Part shown: piece after piece, positions 18,933-27,799 of the stretch
How positions within the stretch are numbered: the stretch's first letter is position 1
How the letters are laid out: every line of letters starts with the position of its first letter
Source: Candidatus Saccharimonadales bacterium
GTDB taxonomy: Bacteria > Patescibacteriota > Saccharimonadia > Saccharimonadales > 2-12-FULL-41-12
Length of the DNA stretch: 64,000 nucleotides
NCBI GenBank assembly: GCA_041906505.1
Contig: JAYRJB010000007.1
Location: 18,964 to 82,963 of the forward strand
Direction of reading: 5' to 3'
Notes under the pieces: generated by a model
What the model saw: only the letters and a program-made list of their open reading frames with translations
Database searches by the model: none
What the model was told of the DNA's origin: nothing
Made by a program: the position numbers and the translations under genes

Positions 18933-19151
18933 CTATTCTTTTTTAGTGATCTTGATCGCCGTTTTGGCGCTCAACCCAAGCAAAAACGGGTAAATAACAA
19001 ACAACCACAACGAATCAAGAATATTTGGAATCCATGGGTCTGATAAGAATAAATACCAGCTCTCAAGACCCAGAATTGACCCAACAATATTAACAATAAT
19101 TGCCAGCGCTAGAATAATTATGCCAACAACAAAGGTGTTCATGTTCATCAT
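18933..19151 (-). CDS. Small two-TM membrane protein (72 aa), 87 nt downstream of heliorhodopsin
   Basis: Two hydrophobic helices on the same strand directly after the rhodopsin gene. No known domain. Confidence 0.4.
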   Translation of the reverse strand: MMNMNTFVVGIIILALAIIVNIVGSILGLESWYLFLSDPWIPNILDSLWLFVIYPFLLGLSAKTAIKITKKE

Positions 19152-19238
19152 ATTGTTTGCCTAATACTATAAATTGCAACCACCCTTTTCTTGGTTTTTA
19201 CTATAACAAACATGGCCTAACAAATGTATCTCGTCCGA

Positions 19239-20003
19239 CTAAGGTCGAAGAGTGCCGCCAAAAACTTGCCAAGCAAGAAGGGATTTTGCAACCAAGCTCA
19301 AGATAATGTATGCACGCTCACCGTACAAATAATCCTTCCAGGGGCCAACTTTTTTATACTGAAGCACCATGTTTAGAGCAAAGCAACTAAAGAAAATGAA
19401 GATGGAAACAAATATCCAATACACAAAGGTGGGAGCTCGACTGCCGTTTTCGGCGCCCAACCACATGTAAAGCGCAATCACAAGCCACGGTATAATCCCC
19501 GCAAAACACCCGATGTAGTAACTCAGCCAATTCGTTGTCTTGGTGGTCTGATTGTGGACCTCCATTACGAGTCCCATGAGGTTCATAACTGATGTAAGAA
19601 CAAATATCATTAGCAAACTACTTAGGTCGTACACTCCCACGAGCGCTGCGATCGCAACCATCATCACACTTGCAGAAATCGAATATTCAACCCACCTTAA
19701 TCTATTGATTCCTAGTTTTAGTTCTTTTTCGTATCGCCGATTGTAGCTTGTGGCAATTACAAAATGAAAAATTGCTGAAAGAAAGAAAAACGCTGCAATC
19801 AACCATGGCAACTCAACGCTAAACAAAGCCGTCGTAGTTGGCTGCAGCGACTGAGTTTGTTCATTAAAGAAAAGATAGGTACCAGAAACTGGTATCTCAA
19901 ACGACTTGCTTATTAGGAGGACGATTATGCCCTGCGCGAGGTGCAAAAACCCCGCAATGATGTTCAGCTGTTTTAGTTTTTGCGATGTTATTTTTCTTGC
20001 CAT
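19239..20003 (-). CDS. Heliorhodopsin (inverted-topology 7-TM retinal protein)
   Basis: 254 aa. Near-identity to heliorhodopsin hallmarks recalled from HeR 48C12: IAGFLHLAQ, FFLSAIFHF, RLRWVEYSISASVMMVAIA (counterion Glu), GCFAGIIPW, and LQYKKVGPWKDYLYGERAYIILSLVAKSLLAWQVFGG with the Schiff-base Lys in SLVAKS. Confidence 0.9.
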   Translation of the reverse strand: MARKITSQKLKQLNIIAGFLHLAQGIIVLLISKSFEIPVSGTYLFFNEQTQSLQPTTTALFSVELPWLIAAFFFLSAIFHFVIATSYNRRYEKELKLGINRLRWVEYSISASVMMVAIAALVGVYDLSSLLMIFVLTSVMNLMGLVMEVHNQTTKTTNWLSYYIGCFAGIIPWLVIALYMWLGAENGSRAPTFVYWIFVSIFIFFSCFALNMVLQYKKVGPWKDYLYGERAYIILSLVAKSLLAWQVFGGTLRP

Positions 20004-20071
20004 ATCTCGACTATAACATAAGTACTTTTCATAAAACCAAAATGTGCTTCCACCTAAGAACGGGATGGCAG

Positions 20072-21799
20072 CTAGCGAACCATGTCAGCTATTTTCCAGA
20101 CCTTATCCGCCGCTTTGCCCTCAAATGATCTGGCGATGGTACGAGCAATTCTGGTCACATTCGCGGTAGTTGTAAACTCCCTGTCATTAAACTCTATAGC
20201 CGCCCGTTCACTCGAGGCCCGCATTCGTGCATACTCCTTAGGATCGCTCATAAGCGCTGAGATAATTTCGGCGCCACGCTGCATGTCGTGATCTCGTTTC
20301 TGGTAGTCCAGTACATAGCCCGAAACACCTTCCTGCACTTGTAGCGGCATTCCTCCGTTGTTAAAAACAACCGCTGGAACACCGTGGCGAATCCAGTCGC
20401 TAATTCGCGTTTCGCAACCCTCTGCCTCAGAGGTTTGGACGCCAACAATTTGCGCTGTGTCGCTTCCGTCAAGCCCACCGGTTGGATACATCAAGGCGTT
20501 CATAGCGGTGTAATTATGTCGCAGTCTCATTATCACAATGTCTTCGCTGTCTTCAGAAAATTGCTCCCGCCTAAGACGAAGCATCTCTTCGTACATTGGC
20601 ACCCCGCTTGGATCGTCAACTGAACCATTACCGACCAACACTACTTGTGGTAATTCGTCAGCCTCGTATCCTCTCTGACGAAGAAGCTTTCGTACATCAC
20701 AACCCAACTTCATTGCTTTGTCCATTCCTTTGGATTCGTCAAATCGGGCAACCAGAACAATTCGTTTGCGATTCATGTCAATCCTAGACTGAATATCTTC
20801 CTCTCGCCCTTCGGCGCGAAGTATGGCGTTTTTGGCATCAATTTCAGTATTGATAAATTGCAGTCCTTCATGAATTTCTGAAGGGTTAAGCCTTCGATTT
20901 AGATCGTCAAACGGATCGGTTGTTGCCGGACCAAAATAGGTTTTTTCTGACATACCTGGGTGAATAAACTGCTCTACTGGATGCGCGATGACAGCATCAA
21001 CGTCCTGGATACCACATTGTTGCAAAATATAAGCTGCCACACCTCCTTGTGGCGTCGCGGGATCTGCCATCAGCTCAGCGTGAGTATCAATGTGGTTTCT
21101 CCACAGCCATTTACTGCTTGGCTTCACTGCTTCAGCTAAAAGGGTTTTTAAGGGCGCTGGCTGGGGGTCATCAATGAAAACCACGTCCGCTCGTTGAATT
21201 ACTTCCTGCCGGGACAACACGGCTGCATTCTGAGCATTCCAACTCCAGTGAATGCTCTTATCTTCTTCTGTTAAGAACTCATCTGGTGCGGTACGACGTT
21301 GAGAAATATTATGCATTTTCTTGGTGACCACGAAGGGGTCTGGATCATTTTCACTGCCCCGGCCTTGCATGACATACCAATGGGCGTCAACTCCCAACAA
21401 CTTCAGCATATGGACCACTGGTGGACGCAACATTGCAACCCCACCACCCTCCATTGTTGGATTAATAAACACTATCGACTTTCCGTGAAGTTTCTCAACA
21501 GTGGACACAAGCAACTCCCAATCCTGTTTCGGTGTCAGCTGACGATAATCCTCTAATGAAACATCACTGTCAACCGTTACTTCGTAGGTGTGCTCGTTGC
21601 GGCTAAGGCGATAGACTTCATTGCTTCTGTCAGCCTGCGTTTCTTGTTCCTGTGTACAATCTTGATCCGTAACCAGTCTACCTATTGCACCTGCAACACC
21701 GTTTATCGGTAAATTTTGTTCCTGCTCTTCTGTCAAACACCTCATTAATGGATCAATTTCCTGGAATAATGCTTGGTTACCGTCTAATGGGTGTGACAT
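20072..21799 (-). CDS. GT4-family retaining glycosyltransferase with ~100-aa N-terminal extension (trehalose synthase TreT-like)
   Basis: NPTMEGGGVAMLRP nucleotide-sugar-binding glycine loop typical of TreT/sucrose-synthase-like GT-B enzymes. C-terminal GT1 half. The closest call is by motif only. Confidence 0.5.
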   Translation of the reverse strand: MSHPLDGNQALFQEIDPLMRCLTEEQEQNLPINGVAGAIGRLVTDQDCTQEQETQADRSNEVYRLSRNEHTYEVTVDSDVSLEDYRQLTPKQDWELLVSTVEKLHGKSIVFINPTMEGGGVAMLRPPVVHMLKLLGVDAHWYVMQGRGSENDPDPFVVTKKMHNISQRRTAPDEFLTEEDKSIHWSWNAQNAAVLSRQEVIQRADVVFIDDPQPAPLKTLLAEAVKPSSKWLWRNHIDTHAELMADPATPQGGVAAYILQQCGIQDVDAVIAHPVEQFIHPGMSEKTYFGPATTDPFDDLNRRLNPSEIHEGLQFINTEIDAKNAILRAEGREEDIQSRIDMNRKRIVLVARFDESKGMDKAMKLGCDVRKLLRQRGYEADELPQVVLVGNGSVDDPSGVPMYEEMLRLRREQFSEDSEDIVIMRLRHNYTAMNALMYPTGGLDGSDTAQIVGVQTSEAEGCETRISDWIRHGVPAVVFNNGGMPLQVQEGVSGYVLDYQKRDHDMQRGAEIISALMSDPKEYARMRASSERAAIEFNDREFTTTANVTRIARTIARSFEGKAADKVWKIADMVR

Positions 21800-21920
21800 A
21801 TTGTTGCCGTTTTGGTCTTTGTTTGGTTGTTTACATGTTTATTTTTGCTTTCGTACCACTAATTATACGACTATTGTCAATAGCACTACAAAAAAGTTGT
21901 ATATTTACTTGCACAAATAC

Positions 21921-21936
21921 TGTAACGAGTGTTACA
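21921..21936. promoter_or_regulatory. TetR-type operator 1: perfect palindrome TGTAACGAGTGTTACA
   Basis: 16-bp inverted repeat TGTAAC-GAGT-GTTACA in the divergent intergenic region. Confidence 0.7.
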
Positions 21937-21943
21937 TTATGTT

Positions 21944-21959
21944 TGTAACGAGTGTTACA
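21944..21959. promoter_or_regulatory. TetR-type operator 2: identical palindrome TGTAACGAGTGTTACA, 5 nt before the tetR ATG
   Basis: Second identical copy, 23 bp centre-to-centre from operator 1 (about two helical turns). Confidence 0.7.
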
Positions 21960-21964
21960 AAATT

Positions 21965-22558
21965 ATGACAATAACAACCCGCCAGACCATCCTAACTACA
22001 TCAAAACAACTCTTTGCACGCCATGGGTATGAAGGGTTCTCTATGCGTACTCTTTCTAGTCAAAGTGGTGTTGGATTGTCTAGTGTGTACCACTTCTTCT
22101 CTGATAAGAACGAGATTCTAAAGGAACTTTTTGACAAAACCAACACCGAACTAGGAGAAGCCCGCAAAAAGCTTCCTAAAAAAACCTCTGCCAGCGACAT
22201 GCTGCTACAGAGAATCGTGTTTCAATTTCAGCACATCGAGGACGTAGTTTTTGTACTAAAATACTATCTCCACTTCCGGCCAAAGTTCCTAAAGGTTGAT
22301 TCTGGCTATATTCCAAAAAAAGGCTATCTACATATCGAAGAAGTGCTCCAAGTTGGCGTACGAACAAAAGAGTTCACGATAGACCCTTCCGAGATTGATG
22401 AGCAAGCAAAGATTATCACCCACGCCATCAACGGATTTCTGCTCGAGTACTATCCAAAAACCCTTCGGGGACACGAGCTTACCACAGTCGCCAGACCAAT
22501 CCACGCGTTTCTGCTTCGCAGCTTAACCAATAAGGAGGTTGTTATGAGAAAGCAATAA
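21965..22558 (+). CDS. TetR/AcrR-family transcriptional regulator
   Basis: Start moved to the ATG at 21965 (MTITTRQTIL...). HTH is TSKQLFARHGYEGFSMRTLSSQSGVGLSSVYHFF. Confidence 0.85.
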   Translation: MTITTRQTILTTSKQLFARHGYEGFSMRTLSSQSGVGLSSVYHFFSDKNEILKELFDKTNTELGEARKKLPKKTSASDMLLQRIVFQFQHIEDVVFVLKYYLHFRPKFLKVDSGYIPKKGYLHIEEVLQVGVRTKEFTIDPSEIDEQAKIITHAINGFLLEYYPKTLRGHELTTVARPIHAFLLRSLTNKEVVMRKQ

Positions 22559-22605
22559 CTTGAGCATCTATTATTGGGGTAAATCATTATAAGGGAGAAC
22601 AAGAC

Positions 22606-23184
22606 ATGGAAAAGAGTAAATCAACAGGACTTATCATCGGCCTCGTTGCCTTAGTTGTAATCGTAGGTGGTGTGCTTTGGGCAGTAAATCGAGACGATAA
22701 TAAAAAAACCGAAACAACAACTCAATCGCAACAGACACAAACTACCGAGAAGAAAGCAACCGCTAATATTGTGGTGTTGGCCTCGGACACACCAACACTT
22801 TCAACCCTTGTTACAGCGGTTAAGGCAGCAAATTTGGTTGAGACCCTCCAAGGCACTGGTCCATTCACCGTGTTTGCACCAACCAACAGCGCATTTGAAG
22901 CTTTGCCTGCCGGCACGCTTGATAATCTGTTGAAGCCAGAAAACGTAGAACAACTCAAGTCGATTTTGACCTATCACGTGGTCTCTGGAAAAGTAATGGC
23001 CGCTGATCTTAAGGACGGTCAAGAAATTACCACTGTTCAAGGTGGAAAACTCGTCGTAAAGATAACTGACGGAAAGGTCTATCTTGTTGATGCGAAGGGT
23101 AACCAAGTGATGGTTGAAAAAGCAGATGTCGATGCCAGTAACGGCGTTGTACATATAATAAACGGGGTACTGCTTCCTCAGTAA
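22606..23184 (+). CDS. Fasciclin (FAS1)-domain protein, N-terminal membrane anchor
   Basis: TLVTAVKAANLVETL...FTVFAPTNSAFEALP...NLLKPENVEQLKSILTYHVV are FAS1 H1/H2 motifs. TM helix LIIGLVALVVIVGGVLWAV. SD AAGGGAGAA upstream. Confidence 0.85.
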   Translation: MEKSKSTGLIIGLVALVVIVGGVLWAVNRDDNKKTETTTQSQQTQTTEKKATANIVVLASDTPTLSTLVTAVKAANLVETLQGTGPFTVFAPTNSAFEALPAGTLDNLLKPENVEQLKSILTYHVVSGKVMAADLKDGQEITTVQGGKLVVKITDGKVYLVDAKGNQVMVEKADVDASNGVVHIINGVLLPQ

Positions 23185-23205
23185 TAAATCTACAAATAAA
23201 CACTA

Positions 23206-23242
23206 TTAGCCCAGCCTCGAAAGAGACTGGGCTAATTTCTTT
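23206..23242 (+). terminator. Rho-independent terminator after the fasciclin gene
   Basis: TTAGCCCAG-(13 nt)-CTGGGCTAA followed by TTTCTTT. Confidence 0.6.
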
Positions 23243-23267
23243 CTATAGACCAAAGGTGTCGAGGCCC

Positions 23268-23603
23268 TTACACCTTACGTTTTGACGAACGCTGCTTGCG
23301 ACGGCTTCCGTGGGACCCACCAAAAATAATGCTTATACCAAACACATATCCAAGGTTATACCAATTGCCAGAATTTGGCGATTGGTAAATCGTTACCGTG
23401 TCAGCAAATAAACTCCAAAAGAACGTTGGCACGATGAAGATTCCATGCACAAAACCCCAAAAGAAATTCGTGTACACAGTTGAATAGGTATGCGGAATCA
23501 CCGTTTGGGCATACCAAACGAACAAGCCAATAAAGACTATGGCCATCAATATGGAGGCTATTACTCCACCAACAATCATTTTCGTCCGTTTTCCGCCACT
23601 CAT
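23268..23603 (-). CDS. Hypothetical membrane protein (111 aa, 3 TM, basic C-terminus)
   Basis: Hydrophobic ORF with an RRKQRSSKRKV tail. No domain recognised. Confidence 0.45.
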   Translation of the reverse strand: MSGGKRTKMIVGGVIASILMAIVFIGLFVWYAQTVIPHTYSTVYTNFFWGFVHGIFIVPTFFWSLFADTVTIYQSPNSGNWYNLGYVFGISIIFGGSHGSRRKQRSSKRKV

Positions 23604-23735
23604 ACTCGAAGTATATCAAACTTTTTTGACAATCAAACATACTGCCAAAGTCTTTTATCGGCCACATTAGGAGGCTCAAAAATGATGCTCTTTTACCGGA
23701 TTATGGTATAGAATTAGATAGAAGGAGAGTTGATT

Positions 23736-23990
23736 ATGGCGAAACAAATGTGTCAAAGTTGTGGCCGGCCCCTCAAAGACGAGATCAAGGGTACCGAGAA
23801 AGATGGCTCTTTGTCGGAAAAATATTGCAACTTGTGTTACGAAAACGGCGCTTTTATTAACCCCGATATGACACTCGAGCAGATGCAAGAAACCTGCGTG
23901 AAGGCCATGCAAGAAATGCATTTTCCAAAATTTTTGGCAAAGCGAATCGCAAAAGCTCAATTACCAAAGCTTGAACGCTGGAGTCAGTAA
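23736..23990 (+). CDS. Zinc-ribbon domain protein (CxxC...CxxC)
   Basis: ATG at 23736 preceded by GAAGGAGAG. MAKQMCQSCGRPL...EKYCNLCYENGAF has two CxxC pairs. Confidence 0.6.
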   Translation: MAKQMCQSCGRPLKDEIKGTEKDGSLSEKYCNLCYENGAFINPDMTLEQMQETCVKAMQEMHFPKFLAKRIAKAQLPKLERWSQ

Positions 23991-24022
23991 CATTTCTGAG
24001 AAATTATATAGCAAGCTCAAAC

Positions 24023-24226
24023 ATGGTTGGTTTTGTCGTGCGCGTCAATAAGGCAACCCTCAAAATTATCGCTCTTTTAGGAAATTGCTTGTTTGTGTTT
24101 TGGATTTTAGCAAACGGCGTTAATGAGGGCTTTACAGGAACTCGAGTAGAGGTTGCATCCTACTTGGCACTAGTTGTCTTGTTGCTTCTCAATGTGTATC
24201 TTCTCTACCCAAGCGACAAATCCTAA
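24023..24226 (+). CDS. Possible small two-TM membrane protein (67 aa)
   Basis: Hydrophobic ORF in an otherwise empty intergenic gap. No supporting motif. Confidence 0.25.
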   Translation: MVGFVVRVNKATLKIIALLGNCLFVFWILANGVNEGFTGTRVEVASYLALVVLLLLNVYLLYPSDKS

Positions 24227-24258
24227 ACACACCTATCTCGAAGGTGAAGCCAGCAAAA

Positions 24259-24675
24259 CTAATAGTTCTTTTTCATTGTTAAATATGAGTCGGAGATGAT
24301 TTTTTTAAGAACCTCCAGATTTATGTCTGACAATCGATTTATATAAAGACAAGAAACGCTTGTTTTGTGTTTGCCCAGCTTTGCGAGCTCTTTTTTATAC
24401 TTGCTAAATCCAGGAATAATATAGATGGCGAGGTTTTGCTTTCGAGGCGAAAAACCCGTCATCATCCAGTCGCCCTCCTGCGAGCTTCTCTCAGACTTAT
24501 AGTGATAACTGCCGTAACCAACAATACTCTTGCCCCACATAGCGGGTTTTTCTCCAATACATTCGTCAAATATTTCTAAGAGTTTTAGGCCATCCAGCCT
24601 TTTGGAATCATTGTCAATTGAATTAATAAAATCCTCGACACTTGCATCATTCTTCTGGGTTTTTAGCTCAGCCAT
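24259..24675 (-). CDS. DUF1801 (YdhG-like) domain protein
   Basis: Start trimmed to the internal Met (MAELKTQKND...). MWGKSIVGYGSYHYKSERSSQEGDWMMTGFSPRKQNLAIYI matches the DUF1801 core. Confidence 0.6.
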   Translation of the reverse strand: MAELKTQKNDASVEDFINSIDNDSKRLDGLKLLEIFDECIGEKPAMWGKSIVGYGSYHYKSERSSQEGDWMMTGFSPRKQNLAIYIIPGFSKYKKELAKLGKHKTSVSCLYINRLSDINLEVLKKIISDSYLTMKKNY

Positions 24676-24880
24676 AATGTCATTGTAGCAAAACATAGAA
24701 ACTAGTCGTCCTCGTTTTTGCCGAACTTGGAGGACCAGGAGGGACTCGACTTTGTCGCAAATCAAACTTAGATTTGCTTAACAAACCCCTCACGGGGCTA
24801 AAGGCGGTCAACTGCCACCGGCAGTTGCCGTTCGAGTTCCACGAAACTGAAGACTTTCAGTTTCTTCTTGGCTGCCAATT

Positions 24881-24903
24881 AAAAAACCCACCAGTTCTGG
24901 TGG
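24881..24903 (-). terminator. Rho-independent terminator after tRNA-Lys
   Basis: Minus strand: CCACCAG-aa-CTGGTGG followed by GTTTTT. Confidence 0.55.
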
Positions 24904-24913
24904 AATTTTTAAT

Positions 24914-24990
24914 TGGAGGGCCAGGAGGGACTCGAACCCTCGACACCCTGCTTAAGAGGCAGGTGCTCTAACCAGCTGAGCTACTGGCCC
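24914..24990 (-). tRNA. tRNA-Lys (anticodon CUU)
   Basis: Acceptor GGGCCAG/CTGGCCC, anticodon stem CCTGC/GCAGG with loop CTCTTAA, T-arm GAGGG-TTCGAGT-CCCTC, 3' TCCA. Confidence 0.85.
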
Positions 24991-25064
24991 GTAAACTTTT
25001 TTTGAATTTTATGAGAAACCGTGTTTGTATACGCACAGAATAGTAACAAACTACCTCTGTTTTA

Positions 25065-25598
25065 TCAAGATTTTTCCAGTTGTAGCAGTTTGTTCGCCCT
25101 TTTTGCAACCGAGCCGTGTTTGCTGTCCAACATCTTTTCTAAAACCGGTAGAATCCACTCTCTCAAAGACTGGTCACCCTCTGACCAATCAAATAACACT
25201 TGCATCGTGGTGTTTTGAACTATCCAATCATCGCTTTCTATCAAATTACGTTTCATTATTTCGGTTGCACTTTGTATCTGGGCTGGACTCATTTGAGCTC
25301 GTAGCATGCCGAATAGTTGTGCGAGCGTCCATTTGGTCGAGGCTTGGTCAATTTTAGATATGTCACTTATCAATCTGTCGACATATGGCACGAGCCAGTC
25401 TGGTTGCTCCCTGCACACTCTTTTTAAGCCGTTGGAAACCCGAAGTCTGACAACCTCATCAGAAGAAAAATAACAACTATATAAATCTTCGAGCCGACTT
25501 TGGTCAGCCAAAACTAGATCTACAACCTCTATCGTTCTACCAAGCGAGTTTGGATGTCCCCCACTAAGCATTGCCTCAAAATTTGGATCCGGCCTCAT
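25065..25598 (-). CDS. HEAT-repeat protein, possibly DNA alkylation-repair (AlkD/AlkC-like)
   Basis: 177-aa all-helical repeat pattern. Only weak resemblance to the DNA_alkylation family, no catalytic motif confirmed. Confidence 0.3.
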   Translation of the reverse strand: MRPDPNFEAMLSGGHPNSLGRTIEVVDLVLADQSRLEDLYSCYFSSDEVVRLRVSNGLKRVCREQPDWLVPYVDRLISDISKIDQASTKWTLAQLFGMLRAQMSPAQIQSATEIMKRNLIESDDWIVQNTTMQVLFDWSEGDQSLREWILPVLEKMLDSKHGSVAKRANKLLQLEKS

Positions 25599-25635
25599 AC
25601 AAAAATACTAACAAATAACAAGGCCGAAGCGCGAG

Positions 25636-26574
25636 CTATATTTCTTTTTCTTCAAGAATTTGATCAAGCAATGCCATTCTAATGTATAGACCGTTGCCTG
25701 CTTGTCGAAAATATTTCGCACGCGGGTCATTGTCAATCGCAGGGTCTATCTCGCCCCCTCTCGGTAGCGGATGCATAATAACTGCATGTTCCTCCGGAAG
25801 CACTTCTAGCGCTGAGGTATCAATTGTGAAGTTGGTATCCGTAACCAAATTAGGGTGCTCAAGTCGTTCTTTTTGCATACGTGTCCAATACACAATGTCA
25901 GCCGTCCTAAGCGCGTCGTACACTTCTACCGTTTCTCGGTATTCTACGTCGTGTTCGTCGAGTTTTGCCTTTACATCATCCTCCATTTGTAGCTCTGGAA
26001 CGGAGACGAATGTAATAGAATTGTTTTCGTATTTGGCTAGTAGTTGCGCCAACGAGCGAACAGTGCGCCCATACTTTAGATCGCCACCCATCACCACGTG
26101 TAAGTTGTCGAGGCGCCCTTGGGTTGTTTGAATAGTGTGCATATCAAGAAGCGCTTGGGTCGGGTGTTCGCCTTTTCCGTCACCGGCATTAATTATGGGA
26201 ACGTTACTGACCGCCGCCGCTTTATTGGCAGATCCTGTCTCTGGGTGTCGCAGGACTATGGCATCAAAATTATACTCGTTTAAAACCCTAATCGTGTCTT
26301 CTATGGTTTCACCTTTTGCAGCAGAGGAAAACTCTCCGCCATTTTCGGTGCTTACCACACCAATGCCAAACTTTACGGCAGCTTGCTCAAAGCTCACTCG
26401 AGTCCTGGTTGAGGGCTCATAGAAAAAACTGCATAATTGTCTGCCAATATGTCGAAAGGCAAGTTCCCTTCGAGAGCCATAGCCAGCACTGTCAGCTTCT
26501 CGTAAGGCCGATGCCCGCTCAAAAATAACTTCTAGTGCTGGTGGATCGAATTGTTCGGCAGAGAGTACATGCAT
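25636..26574 (-). CDS. pyrB: Aspartate carbamoyltransferase catalytic subunit
   Basis: STRTRVSFE carbamoyl-phosphate motif and HPLPRGGEI (ATCase-type rather than OTCase HCLP). 312 aa. Confidence 0.85.
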   Translation of the reverse strand: MHVLSAEQFDPPALEVIFERASALREADSAGYGSRRELAFRHIGRQLCSFFYEPSTRTRVSFEQAAVKFGIGVVSTENGGEFSSAAKGETIEDTIRVLNEYNFDAIVLRHPETGSANKAAAVSNVPIINAGDGKGEHPTQALLDMHTIQTTQGRLDNLHVVMGGDLKYGRTVRSLAQLLAKYENNSITFVSVPELQMEDDVKAKLDEHDVEYRETVEVYDALRTADIVYWTRMQKERLEHPNLVTDTNFTIDTSALEVLPEEHAVIMHPLPRGGEIDPAIDNDPRAKYFRQAGNGLYIRMALLDQILEEKEI

Positions 26575-26656
26575 TAAGTGTAGTTATAGCAAACTTATTT
26601 CCAAGAACATATTGCTAAAGCTTGGTTCACACAATTTTCTGCGATTGGAGCAATGT

Positions 26657-27058
26657 TCACTTTGGAGGTTTTATCGATTTAATCCATATAGGTGACATAT
26701 CATTAGGGTTACCATAGTTATAATTAACAGTCACTTCTTCGTCTTTTTCAATATTTTTTATAGCAATAAATTCTACAGTTCTATCAGCGAGATGCTTTTT
26801 GTAAGTTGCGTTGGGCCTATAAGAGTGGTTGTAAATTGATCCAAACCCAAGTGCAATTGCCGCATCTGGTTGTTTTTCCCAAAGAAAATAATAATTGTAA
26901 AGTTCGCTTTGTCTGAGTTTTTCTCCCTCGCCCTTAAGCAATACCACAGGGCTAATCTCAATTGTTTCACCTTCTTTGATTGGTGTAGACGCAAAAATTC
27001 CACGTCCTGCGCCCTTAATCTTTGAACTATCGAGGTAAATTTTTTGAGAAAGTTTCAT
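26657..27058 (-). CDS. SET-domain protein (putative protein-lysine methyltransferase)
   Basis: GRGIFASTPIKEGETI, NHSYRPN (NHSCxPN-like) and EEVTVNY post-SET-like segment. Start trimmed to the Met at 27058 because upstream codons overlap the tRNA. Confidence 0.7.
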   Translation of the reverse strand: MKLSQKIYLDSSKIKGAGRGIFASTPIKEGETIEISPVVLLKGEGEKLRQSELYNYYFLWEKQPDAAIALGFGSIYNHSYRPNATYKKHLADRTVEFIAIKNIEKDEEVTVNYNYGNPNDMSPIWIKSIKPPK

Positions 27059-27062
27059 AATA

Positions 27063-27139
27063 CTTATAGCTGTGGTACCCGCGGCAAGATTCGAACTTGC
27101 GACCAACTGGTTCGAAGCCAGCTACTCTAATCCACTGAG
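27063..27139 (-). tRNA. tRNA-Arg (anticodon UCG)
   Basis: Acceptor GCCCGCG/CGCGGGT (G1-U72), D-stem GCTC/GAGT, anticodon loop CTTCGAA, T-arm GCAAG-TTCGAAT-CTTGC, ACCA 3' end. Confidence 0.8.
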
Positions 27140-27194
27140 CTACGCGGGCTCAACAATATGACCATTATATCTTCAATCGCGATTTTAGAAAAAA

Positions 27195-27752
27195 CTACTT
27201 TATGTCTTGTTCGGGAGATTTAAGAAGTTTTTGACGCTTGCTGTCGTCGTGTTGCTTGAGAGTGTTTTGCAAAACTTCTATAACTTTTTCGGCGTGCTCT
27301 CGACTCATCCCAACCCGACTTACGCCAACCGGCTGATGGCCGCTAGCAGGCGTCTGCATAAACTGTAATGTCACGCCGTGGTCATTCACAGTCGCGTGCA
27401 TTGTATCGGTATATACGACCTTATTATCGACAGGTAGATACATAACAACTTGCTTCATCAGCATGTCTTCGATACCACTCGACAAAGCTTCTCCCGCTTG
27501 ATCCAGCTGACTTTCGGCTAGATCACGAAGGTCTTGGGCTTGGTCCTCTGTAAGCAAAAAATGGCTAATAAGCATGTCAAGTAGTTCCTTGGCAGGGAGT
27601 GTCGTTCCAGATTCAATTGCGAGTAGTGTTGATTCGTCGATTTCGAGTGTCCCTGAAACATCCTGGACTGTTTGTTGCCATTGTTCTCGGAGGAATTTTA
27701 GGCGGGCACCTAAAGCCTGGTACGGCTCATGATTTTGCTCACTCATGTACAT
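27195..27752 (-). CDS. XRE-family helix-turn-helix protein with uncharacterised C-terminal domain
   Basis: Start trimmed to MYMSEQ (the upstream extension overlaps divergent murB). HTH is LGARLKFLREQWQQTVQDVSGTLEIDESTLLAIESG. Confidence 0.55.
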   Translation of the reverse strand: MYMSEQNHEPYQALGARLKFLREQWQQTVQDVSGTLEIDESTLLAIESGTTLPAKELLDMLISHFLLTEDQAQDLRDLAESQLDQAGEALSSGIEDMLMKQVVMYLPVDNKVVYTDTMHATVNDHGVTLQFMQTPASGHQPVGVSRVGMSREHAEKVIEVLQNTLKQHDDSKRQKLLKSPEQDIK

Positions 27753-27799
27753 ATATACTACGCCCCTTTTTTGACCAATACAAGCTATAATGAGCAAGT

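Noticed and set aside
24774-24971. 65-aa plus-strand ORF
   Set aside because: It spans terminator hairpins and tRNA-Lys and has no coding signal.
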